64,000 nucleotides of DNA, taken from positions 672,001 to 736,000 of the forward strand of contig CAVPZX010000002.1 of the NCBI GenBank assembly GCA_963710375.1, given 5' to 3'. Position numbers and translations under genes: made by a program. Below are positions 11,162-27,196 of this stretch, piece after piece. The notes under the pieces are model-generated. The model was not told where the DNA came from. It searched no databases and saw only the letters and a list, made by a program, of their open reading frames with translations. The stretch's first letter is position 1. The number at the start of each line of letters is the position of its first letter. The stretch comes from Nitrospirota bacterium (GTDB lineage: Bacteria; Nitrospirota; Thermodesulfovibrionia; Thermodesulfovibrionales; Dissulfurispiraceae).

Positions 11162-11503
11162 ATGAAAAGGATTGAGGCAATTATACGCCCCACCAAGGTA
11201 AACCAGGTATGCGCCAGTTTGGAAAAAGTCGGCTATTCGGGCGTCACGATTTCAGACGTTGAGGGTCACGGAAGCCAAAAGGGTAGTACTGAACGTAAGG
11301 CACGCGGCATAACGCACAGAGTGCCTTTCGTGGTGAAAAAGAGAGTAGTATTGGTTGTAAATGACAAAGAGGTTGACGGCATTATGAAGGCTATTCGCGA
11401 GGCGGTGTGCACCGGCAAGATTGGGGACGGTAAGATATTCGTTTCATCAATAGACAATGCCATGAGGATAAGGACAGGCGAGACCGGAGAAGCCGCAGTC
11501 TAG
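11162..11503 (+). CDS. P-II family regulator (atypical T-loop)
   Basis: MKRIEAIIRP, GHGSQKG, TGKIGDGKIFV, RIRTGE; AAGGAG RBS. Confidence 0.93.
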   Translation: MKRIEAIIRPTKVNQVCASLEKVGYSGVTISDVEGHGSQKGSTERKARGITHRVPFVVKKRVVLVVNDKEVDGIMKAIREAVCTGKIGDGKIFVSSIDNAMRIRTGETGEAAV

Positions 11504-11529
11504 AAAAACGGAGATCATGAAGGTGGGTC

Positions 11530-11679
11530 ATGGATAAATACATTGATGGTCTGTCATGGGCGGCGGTGAATGTCTGCAACTTGAAGTTGCCCCTTGGGCA
11601 AACGTCTGCTTATTACGCTTTGGCAAGTCTTATGATTATTGCAAGCATTTTGTCGCTTCTTATCAATAGCAAGCCGTGA
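11530..11679 (+). CDS. Small hypothetical membrane protein (49 aa), not in ORF track
   Basis: Manual translation MDKYIDGLSWAAVNVCNLKLPLGQTSAYYALASLMIIASILSLLINSKP*; C-terminal hydrophobic stretch; GAAGGT upstream. Confidence 0.4.
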   Translation: MDKYIDGLSWAAVNVCNLKLPLGQTSAYYALASLMIIASILSLLINSKP

Positions 11680-11709
11680 CATCATAACCTGCCGAATCGC
11701 TTTTATTCT

Positions 11710-11742
11710 AAAAAAAAGGGCCCGGTTTCAGCCGGGCCCTTC
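11710..11742 (-). terminator. Rho-independent terminator of the rRNA operon
   Basis: AAGGGCCCGG-tttcag-CCGGGCCCTT hairpin; the A-tract on its left reads as a U-tract on the minus strand. Confidence 0.85.
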
Positions 11743-11749
11743 TAATTTG

Positions 11750-11866
11750 ATCCGGCAGCGTCCTACTTTCCCGTGACCTCGCGGTCAAAGTATCATCGGC
11801 CTTGGAGGGCTTAACTTCCGTGTTCGAAATGGGAACGGGTGTGACCCCTCCGGTATAACCACCGGA
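11750..11866 (-). rRNA. rrf: 5S rRNA
   Basis: Reverse complement has CCCGTTCCCATTTCGAACACGGAAGTTAAG and GATGATACT; ends approximate. Confidence 0.95.
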
Positions 11867-11937
11867 AAATATATAATAACAAACTAATATCTATAAGTGC
11901 AACAAAAAATTTTGACAAGCAGGGGAGAAGAAGTAAA

Positions 11938-14987
<3,050 letters not shown>

Positions 14988-15043
14988 TTCTTCTACTTCT
15001 CTCTCTTCCCCTGCATTGTCAAAGATCAATATCTATAAAACTT

Positions 15044-15119
15044 TGGTGGAGGTGAACGGGATCGAACCGATGACCCCCTGCTTGCAAAGCAGGTGCTCTC
15101 CCAGCTGAGCTACACCCCC
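15044..15119 (-). tRNA. tRNA-Ala(TGC)
   Basis: GGGGGTGTAGCTCAG...CTTTGCAAG...GTTCGATCCC...CCACCA, 76 nt. Confidence 0.97.
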
Positions 15120-15123
15120 GAAT

Positions 15124-15208
15124 AAAACCAGGTTAAGGTTAAGGTCGAGGTAAGAAAAAAATAAACTCTGTTTTCCTCATGTCTTAACCTTAACCTTTGC
15201 CTGGTTTT
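15124..15208. repeat. Hexamer-period inverted repeat element, copy 3
   Basis: aaaaccAGGTTAAGGTTAAGGTCGAGGT ... cttaaccttaacctttgcctggtttt, between the two ITS tRNAs. Confidence 0.85.
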
Positions 15209-15210
15209 GA

Positions 15211-15287
<77 letters not shown>

Positions 15288-15293
15288 ACAAGC

Positions 15294-15410
15294 GTCTTCG
15301 TAAAAAATCCATATGCTGCGTTGCGCTGCATGCATCGTCACTGCGACGTACCATCAGCACGCCTCATTCCTCAGCATTTGCGCAGCTTGCCTATGGACTT
15401 TTTACGAGAC
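15294..15410. mobile_element. MITE-like ~117-bp element in the 16S-tRNA spacer
   Basis: Imperfect terminal inverted repeats TCGTAAAAAATCCATA / TATGGACTTTTTACGA with a structured interior. Confidence 0.6.
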
Positions 15411-15456
15411 CCTATTTATCTAAATCATGCGTGACGAACTACGATTATCTTTCCTT

Positions 15457-16982
<1,526 letters not shown>

Positions 16983-17054
16983 TTTTCCTGAATTTTCAAA
17001 ATCGAAGCTTTGTTACTGAAGCATTTTGTAGTTCATCACGCATGTATTTAGCAA

Positions 17055-17104
17055 TTATCAAAGAGCGAGTAAATAAATTAGCTCATTTTACAACTTTTTG
17101 TCAA
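17055..17104 (-). promoter_or_regulatory. rRNA promoter and boxA-like antiterminator site
   Basis: Minus strand TTGACA-N18-TAATTT followed by GCTCTTTGATAA; a similar GATCTTTGACAA lies in the spacer before 23S. Confidence 0.55.
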
Positions 17105-18106
17105 GAGTGCACTATAAAAGATAACAATTGCTTCTGTTCCCTTGTCTGATTTGATTTCGAGGGTTCCTCCAAGCTGTCCTGCTAAAATATCGACAAGCTG
17201 AAAGCCCAGGGTGTCCGCCTCCCTATAATCAAAACCTTCCGGCAGGCCGACACCGTTGTCTTTGATTATCAGTGTGTAGGTGCCGTCAGTATTCGTAAAA
17301 TTGATGCTTAATACCCCTCTTCCATTTTTAGGGAAAGCGTGTTTGAAGGCATTTGTGAGGAGTTCGTTGATTATCAGGCCGCATGGTACGGCTGATTCAA
17401 GGTCAAGTTCAATGTCCCCAATGTTGATTTCTGTGGTGATTGCACTCGTATCTATCCGGTACATGCTGATGATATCTAAAACCATTGACTTGATGTAGCT
17501 TTCAAAATTAATGGCTGATAAATCTTTTGTCTGATAGAGCTTTTCGTGAACAAGGGCCATGGACCTGACCCTCTGCTGGCTTTCTTCAAAGAGGGATTTC
17601 ACACCGGCGTCCTTTATTTTTCTGGCCTCTAAAGAAAGGAGACTTGACACGACCGCCAAGTTGTTCTTTACCCGGTGATGGATTTCCCTGAGAAGTATTT
17701 CTTTTTCTCCCAGAGATTGCGATAATTCATCGGTCCTTTCCTCAACACGTTTCTCAAGCTCATTGTGGGATTGGAGCAGTGAGACATGCAGGTGTTTGAG
17801 CCGCATGAGAAGCACTGATACTCCCCATCCTCCACATATTCCCGTGATACGGTTTACCGCGGAATGCATTAAAGGTGTGCTATCGCTATACGCATGGGGA
17901 AAAAACAAACCTGCGGCAGTGAGCAGTGTAACGATCACAGAGTATAAATAGGGCCGCCTGGCAGACTGGTACATGAAAAACAAGGGAATAAGGTAGAGCA
18001 CCCATGCGTCATACCACAAGGGAGATTGAAGATCGATCATGAATATAACGGCGGTCATAAGTACGCCGATGATAATATTTTTTTCTTTAAAAAAAATTAA
18101 CGACAC
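17078..18106 (-). CDS. Membrane sensor histidine kinase (HisKA_2 family)
   Basis: LREIHHRVKNNL, GLIINELLTNAFKHAF, DNGVG; likely GTG start at 18106 after GGAG. Confidence 0.9.
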   Translation of the reverse strand: MSLIFFKEKNIIIGVLMTAVIFMIDLQSPLWYDAWVLYLIPLFFMYQSARRPYLYSVIVTLLTAAGLFFPHAYSDSTPLMHSAVNRITGICGGWGVSVLLMRLKHLHVSLLQSHNELEKRVEERTDELSQSLGEKEILLREIHHRVKNNLAVVSSLLSLEARKIKDAGVKSLFEESQQRVRSMALVHEKLYQTKDLSAINFESYIKSMVLDIISMYRIDTSAITTEINIGDIELDLESAVPCGLIINELLTNAFKHAFPKNGRGVLSINFTNTDGTYTLIIKDNGVGLPEGFDYREADTLGFQLVDILAGQLGGTLEIKSDKGTEAIVIFYSALLTKSCKMS

Positions 18107-19149
18107 GAATTGTTCTCCAGTTTCACAGTTGACCTGCCAGCCTTTAATTGCCCGCATGCCGCCGATATATCCCGCCCTTTGCTCTTTCTGATGATAGCCG
18201 TAATGTGTGCACTCAACAGAATATTCTGAAATTCCAGCACACTCTTTTCATCGGGCCTTCCGAAGTCCGAACCGGGATAAGGGTTGAATGGTATAAGATT
18301 CACCTTCGATGGAATTCCTTTTAAAAGATGTATAAGCCTCTTTGCATCCTCCTGCGTGTCGTTGACATCTTTTAAAAGGACATATTCAAAAGTGATCCTC
18401 CCCCGTGCCGGAAGGGGGACTTTGCGGCATGCGTCCATCAGGGTTTTGAGCGGCCATGTCCTGTTCACCGGCATTATATAATCCCGCACCATATCGGTCG
18501 TGGCGTTAAGAGAGACTGCAAGCTTCACCTTTGCAGCTTCGACTGCGAGTTCAGGGATTTTAGGAGCTATCCCCGATGTGGAAAGGGTAATCCTCCTGGG
18601 AGATATTTTCATCCCTCCTGTTATTCTCCTCAGGGCCTCGACAACATTACCAAAATTCGCCAGTGGCTCTCCCATGCCCATAAAAACGATATTGGTAATC
18701 TTTCGCGGCTCGATCAGCCGGCTCACAGCAATAATCTGATCCACTATCTCATGGGGTTGTAGGTTCCGTTTAAGCCCCATTGTGCCTGTAAGACAGAAGC
18801 TGCAGCCCATGGCACACCCCACCTGAGAGGAAATGCACAGCGTCAACCGGTCTTCATCCGTAATAAGCACGCTTTCAATGCTTTCGCCGTCTTCAAGACC
18901 GAAGAGGTATTTTTCTGTCCCATCCCCGGATGCCTTCCGTTCAAGTACTTCAAGATTACTTATAAATGCCTTCTCAGCAAGCCTTTCACGCAGCTCTTTT
19001 GAGAGTTCGGTGATGTCTGAAATAGAACTGACATGCTCTTCGTATATCCAGTGCAGAAGCTGCTTTGTCCTGAATGAAGGCAGTGCCGATTCCCTGATGA
19101 AGGATTCCAGTTCCTGTTTTGAGAGGGCTTTGAGGTTGATTTTAGGCAT
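18097..19149 (-). CDS. rlmN: 23S rRNA/tRNA m2A methyltransferase RlmN
   Basis: CISSQVGCAMGCSFC, MGMGEPL, DISAACGQL. Confidence 0.96.
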   Translation of the reverse strand: MPKINLKALSKQELESFIRESALPSFRTKQLLHWIYEEHVSSISDITELSKELRERLAEKAFISNLEVLERKASGDGTEKYLFGLEDGESIESVLITDEDRLTLCISSQVGCAMGCSFCLTGTMGLKRNLQPHEIVDQIIAVSRLIEPRKITNIVFMGMGEPLANFGNVVEALRRITGGMKISPRRITLSTSGIAPKIPELAVEAAKVKLAVSLNATTDMVRDYIMPVNRTWPLKTLMDACRKVPLPARGRITFEYVLLKDVNDTQEDAKRLIHLLKGIPSKVNLIPFNPYPGSDFGRPDEKSVLEFQNILLSAHITAIIRKSKGRDISAACGQLKAGRSTVKLENNSCR

Positions 19150-19223
19150 TAATCATATTTTTTTGCCAGGTGCTTAAAGATGGTTAAAAAAAGGGGGAAC
19201 ACAGCGCCCCCCTCCCGGTTGAT

Positions 19224-21649
<2,426 letters not shown>

Positions 21650-21749
21650 TGCTCACCTCCGGTGTTATATTAAGAACACAGTGCTCTCAAAATCTGGAAT
21701 TTTTATAATATCACCTGACCTGCGCACAATACAATAGCCGAACTGGCGT

Positions 21750-22772
21750 CTAATGCGCCCTCTTAATAAGCTCCTCGGCAATTTGCACAGCATTTAACGC
21801 AGCTCCTTTTCTCAGGTTATCAGAAACAACCCACATATTGATCCCGTTTTCAATAGACTCGTCCTCCCTGATCCTGCCGACAAATACGTTGTCCTTGCCG
21901 GCTATTTCAACGGGAATAGGGTACACATTCTTTTCCGGGGCGTCAAATAGTGTAATGCCGGGGGCATTTGAAAAAAGCTCGCGGACCTTCTGCGGAGTGA
22001 TTTTTATTTTAGTCTCTATGTTCAGCGATTCGGAATGTCCCCTGAAAACAGGCACTCGAACAGTTGTAGCCGTCAGTTTTATCGAATCGTCGCCCATAAT
22101 CTTTTTGGTCTCGTTGACCATCTTCATTTCTTCCTTTGTATAGCCGTTTTCGAGGAATTTATCTATGTGCGGCAGAACATTGAATGCAATCTGGTGCGGA
22201 TAGACGTTGCACCGGATCTCCCTGAAACTGAGCATATCCGTTGTCTGCTGCAGGAGTTCATCCATGGCTTTCTTGCCTGTCCCTGAGACCGCCTGAAAGG
22301 TGGTCACCACCACCCTCTTTATTGTTGCCGCGTCGTGAATGGGCTTTAGCGCTACTACCATTTGTATCGTCGAGCAGTTGGGATTCGCAATAATCCCCTT
22401 ATGCCATTTAAGGTCATGAGCGTTGACCTCAGGCACCACAAGCGGAATCGCAGGGTCCATCCTCCATTGACTGGAATTGTCCACGACAATACATCCTGAT
22501 CGCGCTGCGATGGGCGCCCATATTTTCGAACGTTCTGCGCCGGCAGAGAAAAGCGCAATATCGATCCCCTTGAATGAATTTTCACTGAGGGTCTCGACAG
22601 CGATATCCTCTCCGTTGAATTCGAGCGCCTTCCCTTCAGACATTTCCGAAGCAAACAGCCTCAACTTATCAACCGGAAACTTCCTCTCCTCAAGCACCGA
22701 AATCATCTCGTTGCCCACTGCGCCCGTCGCGCCCACCACTGCTACGACATATTTCCCTTTTTCCTTTAACAT
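21750..22772 (-). CDS. asd: Aspartate-semialdehyde dehydrogenase
   Basis: GATGAVG, IANPNCSTIQ, DNLRKGAA. Confidence 0.97.
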   Translation of the reverse strand: MLKEKGKYVVAVVGATGAVGNEMISVLEERKFPVDKLRLFASEMSEGKALEFNGEDIAVETLSENSFKGIDIALFSAGAERSKIWAPIAARSGCIVVDNSSQWRMDPAIPLVVPEVNAHDLKWHKGIIANPNCSTIQMVVALKPIHDAATIKRVVVTTFQAVSGTGKKAMDELLQQTTDMLSFREIRCNVYPHQIAFNVLPHIDKFLENGYTKEEMKMVNETKKIMGDDSIKLTATTVRVPVFRGHSESLNIETKIKITPQKVRELFSNAPGITLFDAPEKNVYPIPVEIAGKDNVFVGRIREDESIENGINMWVVSDNLRKGAALNAVQIAEELIKRAH

Positions 22773-22819
22773 CTAAATGCTCCTATCCCCTGGTATTACT
22801 GCTACGCTGTAAGTCTTGC

Positions 22820-23323
22820 TCATACTGCTGCTCCTTTCATACGCCTCTTTGTCCACTCGATCAGCCCACCGGCGCCTATCAGTTCCTGCATAAACGGCGG
22901 AATCGGATTCGCGGTATATTGTTCGCCGGTAGAGAGATTCTTAATAATTCCTTTATCCGCATCGATTTCTATTATTTCACCTTCCCTGATTTTCTCAGAT
23001 GCCTCTTCGGACTCAAAGATCGGCAGCCCTATATTGAAGGAGTTGCGGTAGAATATCCGCGCAAAGCTCTTTGCAATAACCGCCTGGATACCCGCAGCCT
23101 TTATAGCAATGGGCGCATGCTCCCGTGAAGAACCGCAACCGAAATTTTTGCCGGCAACGATGATGTCGCCTGCCTGTACTTTAAGAGGAAAGTCCTTATC
23201 AGCATCCTCCATAAGATGGCGTGCAAGCTCGCCGGGATCGGATGTGTTAAGATATCTGGCCGGAATAATCGCATCAGTATCTATATCGTTCCCAAACCTC
23301 CAGACCTTTCCTTTCAATAACAT
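22820..23323 (-). CDS. leuD: 3-isopropylmalate dehydratase small subunit
   Basis: [33 protein letters not shown]. Confidence 0.93.
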   Translation of the reverse strand: MLLKGKVWRFGNDIDTDAIIPARYLNTSDPGELARHLMEDADKDFPLKVQAGDIIVAGKNFGCGSSREHAPIAIKAAGIQAVIAKSFARIFYRNSFNIGLPIFESEEASEKIREGEIIEIDADKGIIKNLSTGEQYTANPIPPFMQELIGAGGLIEWTKRRMKGAAV

Positions 23324-23398
23324 GGCAAACCTCCGATTGCTTTTTGAAAACTTATTGTAATAAACTTTATATTATACCGTGACGTTCAATAATTTTCT

Positions 23399-24337
23399 AT
23401 GAAAAAAGTAATCCTCCTCCTCGGTCCAACGTGCGTCGGGAAGACAGCCGTATCCCTTGTGCTTGCCAAGGCCCTGAATTCGGAAATCATAAGCGCCGAT
23501 TCCATGCAGATTTACAAACATATGGATATAGGGACAGCCAAACCGTCGGCTGAGGAACAGCGGCTGATAAAGCACCATATGATCGATATAGTCGAGCCTT
23601 GGGATTTCTACAGCACAGGGGAGTACATCAAGGACGTTCAGTCTGTTGTTTCAGCACTCCACAGCCGGAAAAAAATTCCACTTGTTGTCGGAGGCACAGG
23701 ACTCTACATCAAGTCCATGACGCGTGGTATTTTCAAGGGACCTTCGGCTGACTGGGAGATGAGGAACGCCTTTCTGGATGAAGAGCGGGCGAAAGAGGGA
23801 TCTCTTTACAGGCGCTTGATGTCACTTGATCCGGCGGCTGCTTCAAAAATAATGCCCGCTGATACGAGAAGGACAATAAGGGCGCTGGAAGTATTCATGA
23901 AAAGCGATACGTCCCTGTCGGAGATGCACCGGACAGCAACCAATCCCCTTCCCTATGAATTCATAAAAATTGGGATCACAAGGGAGAGGAAAGAACTTTA
24001 CAGTATGATCGATGCCAGGATCGATGCAATGATGGAGCAGGGACTTCTGGAGGAGGTAAAAGATGTTATGCGGATTATTAAGGAGCATGGGACCAAAGCC
24101 AATTTGGCGTCCTATCCCTCTATGCAGGCCATCGGCTACAAAGAACTAACAATGTATTTTGACGGCGATATCTGCCTTGATGAGGCAATCAACCTTATCA
24201 AGCAAAGCTCCCGCAACTATGCCAAAAGGCAATTCACATGGTTCAAAAAAGAGGAAGGGATTCAGTGGATCGATGTGACAGGAACTCATGATGCAAATGA
24301 AATATTTCAAAAAGTGAAAGTATCCAGCCTCATCTAA
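23399..24337 (+). CDS. miaA: tRNA dimethylallyltransferase
   Basis: GPTCVGKT, ISADSMQIY, VGGTGLY, YAKRQFTW. Confidence 0.97.
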   Translation: MKKVILLLGPTCVGKTAVSLVLAKALNSEIISADSMQIYKHMDIGTAKPSAEEQRLIKHHMIDIVEPWDFYSTGEYIKDVQSVVSALHSRKKIPLVVGGTGLYIKSMTRGIFKGPSADWEMRNAFLDEERAKEGSLYRRLMSLDPAAASKIMPADTRRTIRALEVFMKSDTSLSEMHRTATNPLPYEFIKIGITRERKELYSMIDARIDAMMEQGLLEEVKDVMRIIKEHGTKANLASYPSMQAIGYKELTMYFDGDICLDEAINLIKQSSRNYAKRQFTWFKKEEGIQWIDVTGTHDANEIFQKVKVSSLI

Positions 24338-24360
24338 CCTCTCACCTCTCTCCTTTTGTG

Positions 24361-25389
24361 CTATTGCTCCATCCTCTGTTCAATGCTTTCCATTACCATC
24401 AAAAGCAGCGCAATAACCAGCGGACCTGCAACAAACCCTATTAAACCGAAAAGATGGATTCCTCCGAGCACTCCAAAAAAAATCAGAACTGTATGGATCT
24501 TGGCCCGCTGGCCTATTACTTTGGGTCTCAGTATATGGTCGATTATTCCCACCAGGAAAACAATGGCTATAACCGCCATAATTACACCCTTGATAAAAGA
24601 TCCCGTTAAAAAGAGGTAGACAGTAACCGGTCCCCAAACTGTAAAATCGCCGAGTACCGGAATAAAAGAAAACACCGACATGGCAAAACCGAGCAGTATA
24701 GGAGACGGAACACCCAGGAAATAAAATGCGCTTCCGCCGATAATCCCGTGTGCCAGCGCAATCATTACTCCCCCGTATATGGTTGAAACTATGACCTCTC
24801 TTATTCTCAAAAAAAGCCGGTTTTTCTGTTCATCAGGCAGCGGCAGCAGCCTGTATATTCGAGCAATAAAAATTTGCCCGTCACGTAGAAGGAAAAAAAT
24901 TGTAAAAAGCATCATGAAGTAGTCAACAAATGCATGGACCGCACCAAGAGCATGCTCCTGGAACAGCCGCATCAGGCTCTTCTCAATGCTTTCGGCAAGT
25001 CCACGCAGAATGTCATATATGCTATCAACAGGCACATCCAGCAGCCGGGCAATGCTTGCAAGCATATCTTTAATATTGGCGTTTCCGAAAAACATAGCTG
25101 TCATGCCGCGTTCATTGAGGTGAGCGATTACCGCTTTGATCTCCATGGCTAACAAATAAGTAACATATGTTAACGGCCCGATGAAAAGAAGAAAGGAAAT
25201 AATGACCATAACGGCTGCAGCAATGGATGAACTTTTGATCTTTACACGAATGGACTCATATACAGGATATAAAACGATCGAAAATATCACGGCCCAGCAG
25301 ATAGCAGGCATGAAAGGTAAAAACATATTGTAAGCAATATATACGAGCCCCGCAACCAGGGTATAAAAGAGAAAAGTTTTTTCTTTCAT
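24361..25389 (-). CDS. AI-2E family transporter
   Basis: Multi-TM protein, FFLLRDG, DHILRP, FGLIGFVAGP. Confidence 0.9.
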   Translation of the reverse strand: MKEKTFLFYTLVAGLVYIAYNMFLPFMPAICWAVIFSIVLYPVYESIRVKIKSSSIAAAVMVIISFLLFIGPLTYVTYLLAMEIKAVIAHLNERGMTAMFFGNANIKDMLASIARLLDVPVDSIYDILRGLAESIEKSLMRLFQEHALGAVHAFVDYFMMLFTIFFLLRDGQIFIARIYRLLPLPDEQKNRLFLRIREVIVSTIYGGVMIALAHGIIGGSAFYFLGVPSPILLGFAMSVFSFIPVLGDFTVWGPVTVYLFLTGSFIKGVIMAVIAIVFLVGIIDHILRPKVIGQRAKIHTVLIFFGVLGGIHLFGLIGFVAGPLVIALLLMVMESIEQRMEQ

Positions 25390-26414
25390 AACCTTACCAA
25401 TCCGCTCATCCTTACCCCGACAAGCCTTATTTTCTTCTTCAGTTCGAATCTGCCAAGACAGTAGAAGGCGGCCTTCCGAATAACTTCCAGGCTATCGGTC
25501 GGGTCCTCGAGTGTCGTGGCTCGCGTCTGAGTCTTGAAATCGCTGAACCGTATCTTTACGGTAACATTTTTGGCCCTATACCCTCTATCCTTCAACTCTG
25601 CCACAGTCTCTCTCGTCAAGTCAGCCAAGTGCCTTGCAATGGTCTGCCAATGGTCGGTATCGGTCTGGAAGGTTGTCTCCCTGCTTATGGACTTGGGTTC
25701 CCAGTGCGTGACGAGGGGGCTTTCATCTATGCCCCGGGATGCTTCATAAAGGTAATGTCCGTAAGATGTTCCGAAATGCTCCAACAATTTTTCGAGCGAT
25801 ACAGCCGCCAGTTCCCCTATGGTATTGATTGACAGTTCTTTCAAATATGCCTCTGTCCTGGGGCCTACACCCCAAAGTTTTCTCACCTGCAATGGCCATA
25901 TACGGTTCTCTATATCCCCGTCTTTAATAATAGTCAGTCCATCAGGTTTTTCCATGTCCGAGGCTATCTTTCCGAGAAGCTTATTCGGGGCAATACCGAT
26001 GGAACAGGTGAGCCCTGTGGCAGCTCTTATCCGCTCTTTGATTTCCTGAGCTACTTGCTCCTGCGGCTTGTCGATATCAGAGAGGTCGAGAAAGGCTTCG
26101 TCTATCCCGACATCTTCCATCACAGCGCTGAACTCTTTAAGGACTATTTTTAATGCCTCGGATACTCTGGAATACTCTTCAAAGTCCACAGGCAGGAAGA
26201 CGGCATTAGGACAGAGCTTATGCGCTGTTCTCAGCGGCATGGCGGAATGGATGCCATACTTCCGGGCCACATAATTGGCAGTTGAAACTACGCCTCTCTT
26301 CAAGGGGTCTCCCGACCCGCCTATCACCACTGGTTTATTTTTCAATTCCGGATGCCTTTGTTCCTCTACCGCAGCAAAAAAGGCATCCATGTCCAGGTGG
26401 AGGATACGTCTCAT
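25386..26414 (-). CDS. dinB: DNA polymerase IV
   Basis: HLDMDAFFAAVE, GIDEAFLD, SDMEKPDG. Confidence 0.95.
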   Translation of the reverse strand: MRRILHLDMDAFFAAVEEQRHPELKNKPVVIGGSGDPLKRGVVSTANYVARKYGIHSAMPLRTAHKLCPNAVFLPVDFEEYSRVSEALKIVLKEFSAVMEDVGIDEAFLDLSDIDKPQEQVAQEIKERIRAATGLTCSIGIAPNKLLGKIASDMEKPDGLTIIKDGDIENRIWPLQVRKLWGVGPRTEAYLKELSINTIGELAAVSLEKLLEHFGTSYGHYLYEASRGIDESPLVTHWEPKSISRETTFQTDTDHWQTIARHLADLTRETVAELKDRGYRAKNVTVKIRFSDFKTQTRATTLEDPTDSLEVIRKAAFYCLGRFELKKKIRLVGVRMSGLVRL

Positions 26415-26470
26415 GGAATATTATAAGCTACAATGCAGGTCTATGTGCATTACTGTGATACAATTTAGAC

Positions 26471-27196
26471 ATGCCTGAACTGAGAATCGGCTGCAGCGGA
26501 TTTAATTACCGGCATTGGAAAGGGACCTTTTATCCTTCTCATCTGCCGCAGAGGAAATGGTTTGAGCATTACTGGACGGCCTTTAATACGGTTGAATTGA
26601 ATGTAACGTTTTACAGACTTCCGCTTGCGGGTACATTTGACAAGTGGCGTGATGAAACTCCTGCTGACTTTGCATTTTCATTAAAAGGCAGCAGATATAT
26701 ATCCCATGTGAAAAAGCTTTTAGACGCTAAAGAGCCTTTGGAACTGTTTTTTAAAGGGGCATTACGGCTAAAAGGAAAATTAAAGGTTATCCTTTGGCAG
26801 TTCCCTCCGGGGTTTAAAGCAAACATTAAAAGGCTGAAAATATTTCTCGAATTGCTTCAGACATACCCAATCGGAAACACCCTTGAATTCAGGCACGAAA
26901 GCTGGATAACTGACAAAGTAATTGATCTTTGCAAAGAATATAATACAAGTCTCTGCATGGCTGACTGGCCTGAGTTCATTGATGATCTACCTGTTACCTC
27001 TGATTTTGTTTACATAAGGAGGCATGGCCAAGGCGGCAGCTATGATGCCTGCTATCCAAAAACAAAACTTCAAAAAGATGCGAGAAGAATAAAAAGCTAT
27101 CTGGAGGATGGGAAAAATGTATTTATTTACTTCAATAACGACTATAGCGGCTATGCTCCAAGAAATGCAACAGAGTTGCTTGATATGGTGAGATGA
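26471..27196 (+). CDS. DUF72 family protein
   Basis: RIGCSG, VELNVTFY, QFPP, EFRHESW, YFNND. Confidence 0.92.
   Translation: MPELRIGCSGFNYRHWKGTFYPSHLPQRKWFEHYWTAFNTVELNVTFYRLPLAGTFDKWRDETPADFAFSLKGSRYISHVKKLLDAKEPLELFFKGALRLKGKLKVILWQFPPGFKANIKRLKIFLELLQTYPIGNTLEFRHESWITDKVIDLCKEYNTSLCMADWPEFIDDLPVTSDFVYIRRHGQGGSYDACYPKTKLQKDARRIKSYLEDGKNVFIYFNNDYSGYAPRNATELLDMVR

Noticed and set aside
21650..21749. SAM riboswitch upstream of metK
   Set aside because: No recognisable SAM-I/II conserved segments in the 100-nt gap.
24334..24356. CTAACCT-CTCACCT-CTCTCCT heptamer run after miaA
   Set aside because: Only one degenerate arm with no complementary partner.
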